Below, in pieces: positions 12,103 to 25,365 of a DNA stretch of 64,000 bases. Every line of letters starts with the position of its first letter. The first letter of the stretch is position 1. The stretch is from NCBI RefSeq assembly GCF_006345805.1, contig NC_043000.1, forward strand, positions 41,726,001 to 41,790,000. Direction: 5' to 3'. A program made the position numbers and the translations under genes. Origin of the DNA: Octopus sinensis. Taxonomy: Eukaryota. Below the pieces are notes generated by a model. That model did no database searches and had not been told where the DNA came from. It worked only from the letters and a program-made list of their open reading frames with translations.

Positions 12103-12996
12103 ATATATATACACACATATATATACATATATATGTACGTGTAATTACACTCACTCACTTACACATACACACACACACACACACACATATATATACACCT
12201 TAGAGGTTGCTTCTCCTTCAGATTTATATATTTCTACAAACGATCCTTTATATATATACATACATACATGCACAACTCGAATTTATGAAAGAGCTGAAAA
12301 AGCGTGAACGGGATCAGATTCAGAGTAAAATGTCTATACCATGATCAAGGAAGCAGCTCACTAATCAGTATGGAATTTCATTTAGTAATAGAAAGCTATC
12401 ATTAAAGTCTATACGGTATAGTAAATTCTTATAAATCTCATTTTAATATATATTCTTTGTCAAACTTTGGCATCCAAATCTTTTATCATTAAAGATTTCA
12501 ATTTCGTGGTACAATCACAAAGTTAATTCATAATCCCTATAACATAGTTATCCCACACTGCGAGATAGCGCTTTTTAACATTTTATACTTCTCAATAATT
12601 ACGTAAGTGTCCCCCACAAAGTTTATTTCCTCATACCTTTTGATGTTATAGATTACATTATGTTAAAAAAAGGACTGTGAGGACTATTCCAGTATTTCCC
12701 GACAATTCTTTAAAAGAAATCTTTGAAGAAAGATGAGTAAAATGTTAATAATACTATTTATTAACTTCATATTCCTTTCACTCATTAATTGTCGTCTTCA
12801 TCACTCTTTTTCAAACAAACCCAAAGGTAGCCCATAGTGTGTGTGTATTATTATGTATGTATATATGTATGCATACAAGCCCCCCACATACACACATACA
12901 CATATAGTTTAAATTTATAGAAAAACAAAAGTCGAAGACAGGTATATGAGCAACAAGCAAGTGTGTTAGTTTGACGCTCGGGAAAAATGGAAAAGT

Positions 12997-13032
12997 CTTT
13001 TACGTTTCGAGCCTACGCTCTTCAACAGAAAG
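12997..13032 (-). ncRNA. Minimal type I hammerhead motif, core mutated (A6>U); duplicate at 14599-14634
   Basis: CTTT CTGTTGA A GAGC GTAG GCTC GAAA CGT A AAAG: stem I CTTT:AAAG, stem II GAGC:GCTC, palindromic ACGT stem III. Confidence 0.65.
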
Positions 13033-13095
13033 GAATAAGAGCAAATAAACAGACAGAGAATATAAAAATTTTAAACTTCAGCGGTCCGGATGAAA

Positions 13096-13126
<31 letters not shown>

Positions 13127-14696
13127 TGTGTATCCATATATATAGAACAGAAAAGTCTAATTCTTCTATTGAATGTAACCGGGCAACGCCGGTATCTCTG
13201 CTAGTATATATATAAATTGAGATTCAGTTGAATTGGGCACTTAAGTTGAATCACCAAGTCAGTGCGCTATTGTCTGTAGAATTCAAAGTAAGGTGAATAA
13301 AATCAAAATAAGCAACAGGATATCAAGAAGTGATGCAGTACGACCGTTTCAAGCAATTCCATTTAATTGAACAATGCAATCATTACGTCAATTTAAATGC
13401 AGGGTTATCCTCAACTGATTAAAAAATAAATAGAATTTTTAATCAGTTGGACACATTAATATAATTTTACTTAAATCCTCTAATAGTGCTAGTGCTAGAA
13501 GAGGGAAAATGTCCATGTTGCTACTAATGTAGAGAATTTAAGTAAAATTATATTAATGTGTCCAAGTGATTAAAAATTCTATTTATTTATGCAGCTGAGG
13601 ATAGCCCTGCATTTAAATTGACGTAATGATTGCATTGTTCAATTAAGTGGGGCCGCTTGAAACAGTCGTACTTCATCACCTCTTGATATCCTGTTGCGTA
13701 TTTTGATTATATATATACACACATATATATACATATATATGTACGTGTAATTACACTCACTCACTTACACATACACACACACACACACATATATATACAC
13801 CTTAGAGGTTGCTTCTCCTTCAGATTTATATATTTCTACAAACGATCCTTTATATATATACATACATACATTGCACAACTCGAATTTATGAAAGAGCTGA
13901 AAAAGCGTGAACGGGATCAGATTCAGAGTAAAATGTCTATACCATGATCAAGGAAGCAGCTCACTAATCAGTATGGAATTTCATTTAGTAATAGAAAGCT
14001 ATCATTAAAGTCTATACGGTATAGTAAATTCTTATAAATCTCATTTTAATATATATTCTTTGTCAAACTTTGGCATCCAAATCTTTTATCATTAAAGATT
14101 TCAATTTCGTGGTACAATCACAAAGTTAATTCATAATCCCTATAACATAGTTATCCCACACTGCGAGATAGCGCTTTTTAACATTTTATACTTCTCAATA
14201 ATTACGTAAGTGTCCCCCACAAAGTTTATTTCCTCATACCTTTTGATGTTATAGATTACAATTATGTTAAAAAAAGGACTGTGAGGACTATTCCAGTATT
14301 TCCCGACAATTCTTTAAAAGAAATCTTTGAAGAAAGATGAGTAAAATGTTAATAATACTATTTATTAACTTCATATTCCTTTCACTCATTAATTGTCGTC
14401 TTCATCACTCTTTTTCAAACAAACCCAAAGGTAGCCCATAGTGTGTGTGTATTATTATGTATGTATATGTATGCATACAAGCCCCCCACATACACACATA
14501 CACATATAGTTTAAATTTATAGAAAAACAAAAGTCGAAGACAGGTATATGAGCAACAAGCAAGTGTGTTAGTTTGACGCTCGGGAAAAATGGAAAAGTCT
14601 TTTACGTTTCGAGCCTACGCTCTTCAACAGAAAGGAATAAGAGCAAATAAACAGACAGAGAATATAAAAATTTTAAACTTCAGCGGTCCGGATGAA

Positions 14697-14743
<47 letters not shown>

Positions 14744-15199
14744 CGTAAACACACACACACACATATATTATTTCTTTATATATATATGTTTGTGAGAGAG
14801 TGTGTGTGCACAATAGAATGAAAGAATGGACAAGCAAACAACTAGTATTTATGTGTTTATATATATTTATATATCATAAGAAATAAGGAAATAAGGCGGT
14901 GCCTATACACCTTACTTCCTTATTTCTCACGATCTACTCAATTGTAGCAATTTAGCAATTATGTTTAAATATATAAATGGCATGATCTAATGCGATCCAG
15001 TTTGTCTGTTGATTCTTTCATTCTGCTGTACAAGTACCTGCTCAATGTAAAACTGCCTATAGCCATTCATTGTGAGACAGCTATAACACCACTGCTTTGT
15101 GTTTTAAACGCAGTTCAAATCGACGGTTTTTGGCAGAAACTCAACTTGAGCACTTATTGCATAACTTTTTAAAAAACTTATTACATAACTTTTTTTAAA

Positions 15200-15567
15200 A
15201 ACTTGTTTCGGTCGTTTAACGGCGTTCATCCTGGAGAGCCGGTTTAAAGGGTTTTAGCTGAGCGTGTCAATCCCAGGACTTGTTTTTGTTTTTCGTTACG
15301 CCTGGCACTTATTCTATCGGTTTATTTTTGCCGAAACCGTTACAGGAGGGTAAACACACCAACAGCGGTTGTCAAGCAGTGGAAGGAGACAATTAGAGAC
15401 ACGAAAACACGCTCACATATATATACGACGAGTTTCTTTTAGTTTCCATCAATCAAATCCACTCACAAGGCTTTGGTCAACTGGAGGCTTTAGTAGAAGA
15501 CACTTGCTCAAGGTGCTACGCAATTTGCGTCTGAACCCACAACCATGTGGTTGTTAATAACGCCTGC
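15200..15567 (-). mobile_element. SINE family B, near full length
   Basis: Reverse complement of the 58300-58765 copy. Confidence 0.85.
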
Positions 15568-16239
15568 ACTTGTGTAAATTTTTTCGAAATGAGAGTTGTA
15601 GGACAGAGTCCTGCACACAAACAGCTGATATTTTTCATAGGGCTCAGCTTTTCAGAGAAAGCCATAAGCTAAGCCGACGTTTCCTCAAATTGTATTCAGA
15701 AATACTAAGAATATTTAACAGTCACAAGCTGTATAACAATCAATGAAGTTCTTGCTAGCATCAAAAGTTCATTTGTAGCAAGGATGTAGATTTGTGTAGC
15801 ATTTTGAAAAAAAGCATATTTTCTGAGAAGATATATTAAATGCAAGATTTAAACTTTATTTTAGATTTTATAGTGGTTTATTTTCGATTCTATATTGATT
15901 TGTTTTTACTTTTTCGGAATTTTATGAAACTCAACATGAATCATCCTTAAAGTGATAATAATATGAAACTAATACAATACACAGATAAATAAAAGGAATT
16001 AAATAATTATATATGTAAACAAAATAAAATGAAGTAAATTGAATTAAATTTATACAAAAGAAAAGAAATGAAAAAGTAAGTAGATAAAACAAAGGAATAA
16101 AATTAAGTATATTAAACAAACGTGAATAAACAGAGGACACTGATAATGCAGGTACCATGCACATTCCCCCCACGCACGCACATACTGAACATAGACACAC
16201 ACAGGGATATAGGTTTGTGCAAATAAAGACACATACAAC

Positions 16240-16440
16240 AGAAATACAAAATAACAGATCGTTAGTAAGGAGAGACACACAAAAAGAAAGCAAAGGACCA
16301 CTGATGAGGTCATAGAAATGTGACGAAAGAACTCTGGCCGAAATAGAATTAATATAAAATAAAGCTGAAGCAAGTGAACACCAAATATATAGTTTTCATT
16401 GGCTAAACTAGCAACATGACTATCCTCAAATACAACAATA
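16240..16440 (+). mobile_element. Hammerhead-carrying short element ending in (TA)n (Penelope-like footprint)
   Basis: Homologous to the reverse complement of 48053-48275; ends CAACAATA directly into a long (TA)n tract. Confidence 0.65.
16296..16339 (+). ncRNA. Minimal type I hammerhead ribozyme motif, intact core
   Basis: CCA CTGATGA G GTCA TAGAAATG TGAC GAAA GAAC T C TGG: stem I CCA:TGG, stem II GTCA:TGAC, CUC triplet. Confidence 0.7.
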
Positions 16441-16444
16441 TATA

Positions 16445-16544
<100 letters not shown>

Positions 16545-16977
16545 GATATATATATATGTATGTGTGTGTGTGTGTGTGTGTGTGTCTGTGTCTGTGTGTG
16601 CGTGTGTATGCATAATACATACATATATAAACATGTATATATATATATATATATATACATGCAACACACATATAGATAGATATATGTATATATCATTATC
16701 ATTATTACGCTTATTATTATTGTTGTTGTTGTTGTTATTATTATTATATATAGTTATGGTATATTCCGTTATAAATGTCGTATAGTACAGTATTAAGCTC
16801 GTCCACCTTCAGAATTACCCTGTGGAATCTATCCTTTAGTAGTATTATACATACTTTCAAGCTTACGTGTGTGAATATAAAATTGAAGTAATTGGAGTCA
16901 AAAAGAAGGAGTACGGTTGGACATTCATTCTTTAACCGCTACAATTGTTTCTACGTAACGTAGTTTCCCAATAATAG

Positions 16978-17276
16978 AGGTACTTAATTATGCAACTGTT
17001 TCTTTGCATAATGAGATCTAATTGTGTTTCTTTAGGCGATGTATAGCCAACTAAGAGGAACAACCAAATGAAATGCCAATCCTATTCAAATCTTATTACC
17101 ATTTAAAGCACACGCCATGAGAAAATCCACTTACTACTAAATTCAAAGCACGACAGACATAGGAGATGACCTTGAAGTCGATGATTTTGAACTAACGGAG
17201 GAAACACTCAGATATCGCCTGAGGAAACATAGCTAGATCCCTTTATGCAATGAAACAGCTGCATAATAAAGTACCT
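16978..17276. repeat. Short element with 43-bp inverted arms
   Basis: 16978-17020 versus 17234-17276, 38/43 match in inverted orientation. Confidence 0.7.
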
Positions 17277-17350
17277 GTATTCTTGGAGAACAACGTTGCG
17301 TGGAAACAACTGTAGCGATTAAAGAATAAATATCTAACTTTTCCTTCAAT

Positions 17351-17388
<38 letters not shown>

Positions 17389-17434
17389 ATATATGCACAT
17401 ACATATACATACACAAACAAACATGCATATACAT

Positions 17435-17498
<64 letters not shown>

Positions 17499-17635
17499 AT
17501 ATATATATATATATATACATATACGTATGCATATATACATATAACACTTGTCGTTAGCGAGCATCTGAAAGCGAATTAAGAGGAAACACTGTAAAAGTTA
17601 GAAAATTATTTCCCTTTAAACTCAGTTTTGGATAC

Positions 17636-19801
<2,166 letters not shown>

Positions 19802-20347
19802 TGTGTGTGTGTGTGTAGAGAGAGAGAGAGATACAGACAGATACACACATACATATACATATACATGCACACGTACATACATGCAAAGATACATACATAC
19901 ATACATACATACATACATACATACATACATACATACATACATACATACATACATAGACAAGGGTGTGCTGAAAAGTTCTTGCTTTGGATAAAAGATATAG
20001 GAGGATAAATTAATTATGATTTTATTCAACACATTCCCCTGTCAGATTGACAAAACGTGTTGCAGCGGTCCTTCAATTTTTCTAAGCCCTATAAAAGATC
20101 TCGAAAATTTGCGTCTCCAGCCAGGCCTTTCGCGACACCTTTAAAGCCCATGAACTTCTCAGCACCCTACACGTGTGAGTGTGAGTATATATAGACTCTC
20201 ACACACACACCATGTTATTCTCTTATTCCTGTCTTTTACTGTTTTTACTTGTATTGTTTTTACTTTTTTGTTTTGTTCTTCCTGCCCTGTTCTTGTTACC
20301 ACTTTTACCCCTCCGCAAAAAATCCCAAATATTATTTAATTTGCTTT

Positions 20348-20733
20348 GCGGGAAGGACTGTTTCAACGAAGTGGCATCTTGTCCTTACCTTCGAAAACGT
20401 GGAGTAGACGACACAGAGACAACTGGAGAAGGGGAATATTCCTTGTATTGTATATCTTGTACTCTGTTGGTTTGAAAAAAAAGTTCGTTTCCATGTTTTT
20501 GTTTTTATGTTTTCGTCTCTCATTGTGTTCAACGTTTTTTGCGGGAAGGACTGTTTCAACGAAGTGGCATCTTGTCCTTACCTTCGAAAACGCGGAGTAG
20601 ACGACACAGAGACAACTGGAGAAGGGGAATATTCCTTGTATTGTATATCTTGTACTCTGTTGGTTTGAAAAAAAAGTTCGTTTCCATGTTTTTGTTTTTA
20701 TGCTTTCGTCTCTCATTGTGTTAAACGTTTTTG
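20348..20733 (+). repeat. Two tandem 193-bp units, each with a decayed permuted-hammerhead motif
   Basis: GCGGGAAGGACTGTTTC at 20348 and 20541. Confidence 0.9.
20352..20429 (+). ncRNA. Non-circularly permuted hammerhead-like motif, decayed (core CTGGAGA); duplicate 20545-20622
   Basis: Stem II GAAGG:CCTTC, cleavage triplet ATC (C20378), stem I TTGTC:GACAA. Stem III is imperfect and the core has A6>G. Confidence 0.55.
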
Positions 20734-21568
20734 TTTGATGTCCTGTACCCATATATGCATATAGACGTAGGTATGTACATATATGTATGTATATATGCAT
20801 ATATTTCTATATTATTTATATTAGATACATACATACATACATACATACATATTGAAACTCGACTGTAAGATAGAAAGCGCCGATTGACCTGTCCTTGTTT
20901 TTTCCTGTCCTTTTTGTATTGTCTAACTGTCCGGATGTTTTGTTGTCGCCTGCTACATTATTTTTCATTTTTGTTTTGTTTTCTTTTTTATATATACATA
21001 TAGCGGATTACGTACACTTTTGGTCCCTTATATGTAAGTACATATATATCTAAATTCTGTACGACTCTCTTATTCTTTGTTTCAGCCCCTTCACACTTAC
21101 TTCGTTCTTCCCACTTTTCTTTTTCTCACTCCCCCTCTCTCACATTTCTTGTCCTTCCCTTCATTCTGACGTTCCATTCTCTTTTACTTCACTCTGTCCC
21201 TTTTCTTTTTTCTTTCTTTCTCGTCCCTCCCTAATTCTTCTATCTCTATGCACTTACCTCTCTCCTTTCCTTCCATGCGACCGGTGTTCCGCCAAGATTT
21301 ACCTTTCTTTCTTGGTTCGACTGCCGTCCATGTAACATCTATATTCCTTCCCATGGCTTTCACCTCTTATGTCCCTTCCGTAAGGCTTCACTTCCACACA
21401 TGCCAGCTTAATTCAATTCCTCCTTAGACGAAAACCACCTATTGTTAATGCCCTGTTGTTTGTATTTGTATTTGTGTACCATTTTCCGGGTTTTTTCATC
21501 CTTGTTTTCGTATACATTCGCTTGCTTTCTTCCAAGGATTATATTGCTCTTAGCTTAGATTTTCTTGG

Positions 21569-21641
21569 GGCCGACCAAATTGCAGCAATCTCGAGTGTAA
21601 CCGGCCGAAACTGCTGAGAAAATCTGGAACTCGACTGAAGA
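21569..21641 (+). ncRNA. Non-circularly permuted hammerhead ribozyme candidate (H1a)
   Basis: GGCCG(II)..AGCAAT(III') C TCGAGT(I) GTAAC CGGCC(II') GAA ACTGCT(III)..ACTCGA(I') CTGAAGA. All core bases are present; there is one A-C mismatch in stem III. Confidence 0.7.
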
Positions 21642-21751
21642 TAGAAACTCCGAATGACCTGTCCTTGTTTTTTTCCTGTCCTTTTTTTATCTCCTGTCTG
21701 GATGTTTTGTTGTCGCCTGTTAATTCTTGTTCCATTTTTTGTTTTCTCATT

Positions 21752-23200
21752 CTCCCTCCTCCCTTATTCCACTTCCGTTCTTTCCCTCTCCATCCGCCCC
21801 CCCCCCTTTCTACGTTTCTCTATCTCTCTCACCTCCAGCCCCCTCGATCTGTCTCTTTCTTCTCCTCCCTCGTCCACCTTCTCTCCCTTTTCATCTGTCC
21901 CTTTCTCCTGTCTTTTGTTCTCACGTGACAGCTAGCCGCTGTTGAGCGCTCTTTTCGTTTTCAGCAGCCTCAGAAGCAACACGGATTTGTTCGTCTCCCC
22001 GTGCCTTTAGGCACAACTTCACAAGCCAGCCCCTACTCAAATCGTCCTGTCGAAAGACCCTTGTCCTACGTCTTGGTTTTGTTTTGTTGTTTATTTTTTA
22101 TTTTTACCGTTATTGTTTTTACGTTTTTGTATTCTTATTGGTGTCACGTATTCTGTATTTTTGTTTGTGTACTTCGATCGTTTTCCGTCCTTTCGTTGTA
22201 TACATTCGAAGCTTTCTTCCAGGGGATCTAATGCGCTTGGCTTAGATTTCCCTTGGCTGGCTGGCCATATCGGAGCAATCTCAAGATTAATCAGCCGAAA
22301 TTGCTAAGATGATCTGGTTCTTGACTGATGACTGAGGGCTTCGAATGTCCCGTCCTGTGGTTCTTGTGTCGTCTCTGTGGTGTTTCATGTTCTTGTCCAT
22401 GTCTGTATTTAATTTTACTGTTTACCTATATAATCGGCGGCTACGTATCCACAATTGTCCTTATACGATAAGTATATTTTTTTCTCAAGCTTTGATACGA
22501 CTCTTAATCTGTCTCTTTTTCTCTCTCTCTCTCCCTCCTCCCTTATTCCACTTCCGTTCTTTCCCTCTCCATCCGTCCCCCCCCCTTTCTACGTTTCTCT
22601 ATCTCTCTCACCTCCAGCCCCCTCGATCTGTCTCTTTCTTCTCCTCCCTCGTCCACCTTCTCTCCCTTTTCATCTGTCCCTTTCTCCTGTCTTTTGTTCT
22701 CACGTGACAGCTAGCCGCTGTTGAGCGCTCTTTTCGTTTTCAGCAGCCTCAGAAGCAACACGGATTTGTTCGTCTCCCCGTGGCCTTTAGGCACAACTTC
22801 ACAAGCCAGCCCCTACTCAAATCGTCCTGTCGAAAGACCCTTGTCCTACGTCTTGGTTTTGTTTTGTTGTTTATTTTTTATTTTTACCGTTATTGTTTTT
22901 ACGTTTTTGTATTCTTATTGGTGTCACGTATTCTGTATTTTTGTTTGTGTACTTCGATCGTTTTCCGTCCTTTCGTTGTATACATTCGAAGCTTTCTTCC
23001 AGGGGATCTAATGCGCTTGGCTTAGATTTCCCTTGGCTGGCTGGCCATATCGGAGCAATCTCAAGATTAATCAGCCGAAATTGCTAAGATGATCTGGTTC
23101 TTGACTGATGACTGAGGGCTTCGAATGTCCCGTCCTGTGGTTCTTGTGTCGTCTCTGTGGTGTTTCATGTTCTTGTCCATGTCTGTATTTAATTTTACTG
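21752..23200. repeat. Tandem duplication, period ~780 bp, with ~100-bp unrelated filler between copies
   Basis: CTCCCTCCTCCCTTATTCC at 21752 and 22531; ACAAGCCAGC at 22021 and 22801. Confidence 0.95.
22259..22331 (+). ncRNA. Non-circularly permuted hammerhead ribozyme candidate (H1b); duplicate 23039-23111
   Basis: GGCTG(II)..AGCAAT(III') C TCAAGA(I) TTAAT CAGCC(II') GAA ATTGCT(III)..TCTTGA(I') CTGATGA. All three stems are perfect and the core is intact. Confidence 0.75.
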
Positions 23201-23224
23201 TTTACCTATATATATATATATATA

Positions 23225-25323
23225 TATGTTAATAAAATAGAATATATGCATATATATAAACATATATGTACGTACCTACCTCTACATGTACATATACACG
23301 CATATATGTGTACAGGACACCAAAAAGACGTCGAACACATAGAGAGACGAAACACATAGACACAAACCAAGGAACAAGACAAGCAAAAAAAAGGGAGAGA
23401 TACAGGACAATAAGCACAACGAAAAATCCCCTTCATCAGTCGCTAAGATTTCATCTACTAAACGTTTCGAAGGATAAAAGCGAGACGTATACTTCGAAGA
23501 AAAATTCCTTCCCGCGAAAAGCAAATCAATTAAAATTCTGAGATCTTTTCGCAGAGGGGTAAAAAAAAAAAAAAAGCAAGACGGTAACGACAGTACAAAC
23601 ATATAAACAGTAAAAAATATATATATAAACAGTGGAAAAATAAATATATAACAGTGAGAGACAAGACAAGGAGAACAAGATAAGAAGGGCTGTTAACGCC
23701 AGACGAAAAAAGTATTGTAAACGCTGGATTATCGTGGAAGACAGAGAGGGAAAATTTGTCGACCAGAAGCCTTACAAGGCGGGCGGGAAAGGACAGGATA
23801 GCAGTTACGACGGAAGTATCGTCGCAGATGGATGACGGGAATGGGGGAGGAGGAGAAAGAGGAAGAGAGAGCAGAAGGGGAATGGTGCGAGGAGACCATG
23901 AAGAATGGTGAAAGGGAGAGAGAGAATGAAGAATGAGAGAGAGAGGAAGAGACAAGTTAAGTGAGGGAAAAAAAGACGAAAAAGGGAATGGGAGAGAAAG
24001 AAAGAAAGATGCAGAGTCGCGTGAGAGTTAATATCAAGGCTAACTTGATAAACAGAACAATCTTACTTAGTAGGGTGCGTGCGTTTAGTCGTATAATATG
24101 TTAATAAAATAGAATATATGCATATATATAAACATATATGTACGTACCTACCTCTACATGTACATATACACGCATATATGTGTACAGGACACCAAAAAGA
24201 CGTCGAACACATAGAGAGACGAAACACATAGACACAAACCAAGGAACAAGACAAGCAAAAAAAAGGGAGAGATACAGGACAATAAGCACAACGAAAAATC
24301 CCCTTCATCAGTCGCTAAGATTTCATCTACTAAACGTTTCGAAGGATAAAAGCGAGACGTATACTTCGAAGAAAAATTCCTTCCCGCGAAAAGCAAATCA
24401 ATTAAAATTCTGAGATCTTTTCGCAGAGGGGTAAAAAAAAAAAAAAAGCAAGACGGTAACGACAGTACAAACATATAAACAGTAAAAAATATATATATAA
24501 ACAGTGGAAAAATAAATATATAACAGTGAGAGACAAGACAAGGAGAACAAGATAAGAAGGGCTGTTAACGCCAGACGAAAAAAGTATTGTAAACGCTGGA
24601 TTATCGTGGAAGACAGAGAGGGAAAATTTGTCGACCAGAAGCCTTACAAGGCGGGCGGGAAAGGACAGGATAGCAGTTACGACGGAAGTATCGTCGCAGA
24701 TGGATGACGGGAATGGGGGAGGAGGAGAAAGAGGAAGAGAGAGCAGAAGGGGAATGGTGCGAGGAGACCATGAAGAATGGTGAAAGGGAGAGAGAGAATG
24801 AAGAATGAGAGAGAGAGGAAGAGACAAGTTAAGTGAGGGAAAAAAAGACGAAAAAGGGAATGGGAGAGAAAGAAAGAAAGATGCAGAGTCGCGTGAGAGT
24901 TAATATCAAGGCTAACTTGATAAACAGAACAATCTTAAAAAATGGAACAAGAATTAACAGGCGACAACATATATATATGTATATATATATATATGTTAAT
25001 AAAATAGAATATATGCATATATATAAACATATATGTACGTACCTACCTCTACATGTACATATACACGCATATATGTGTACAGGACACCAAAAAGACGTCG
25101 AACACATAGAGAGACGAAACACATAGACACAAACCAAGGAACAAGACAAGCAAAAAAAAGGGAGAGATACAGGACAATAAGCACAACGAAAAATCCCCTT
25201 CATCAGTCGCTAAGATTTCATCTACTAAACGTTTCGAAGGATAAAAGCGAGACGTATACTTCGAAGAAAAATTCCTTCCCGCGAAAAGCAAATCAATTAA
25301 AATTCTGAGATCTTTTCGCAGAG

Positions 25324-25365
<42 letters not shown>

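Larger units (their letters stand above)
11529..14741. repeat. Tandem duplication, period 1602 bp, bounded by (TG)n tracts
   Basis: 11529 onward recurs at 13131 onward; the differences seen are indels. Confidence 0.95.

Noticed and set aside
20348-20733. CRISPR-like array from recurring repeats
   Set aside because: These are whole-unit 193-bp duplications with no repeat-spacer pattern, in a eukaryotic context with no cas genes.
21635-21665. Local type I reading CTGAAGA..CCGAATGACCTGTC (also at 22325)
   Set aside because: It has GAAT instead of GAAA and weak stems. The same core is explained far better by the permuted pairing with upstream strands.
23426-23475. Ordinary type II hammerhead using the local GAAACGTT and post-core AGGGG
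   Set aside because: No stem I forms in that register, whereas the upstream GTC-TCGCT pairs perfectly with AGCGA.
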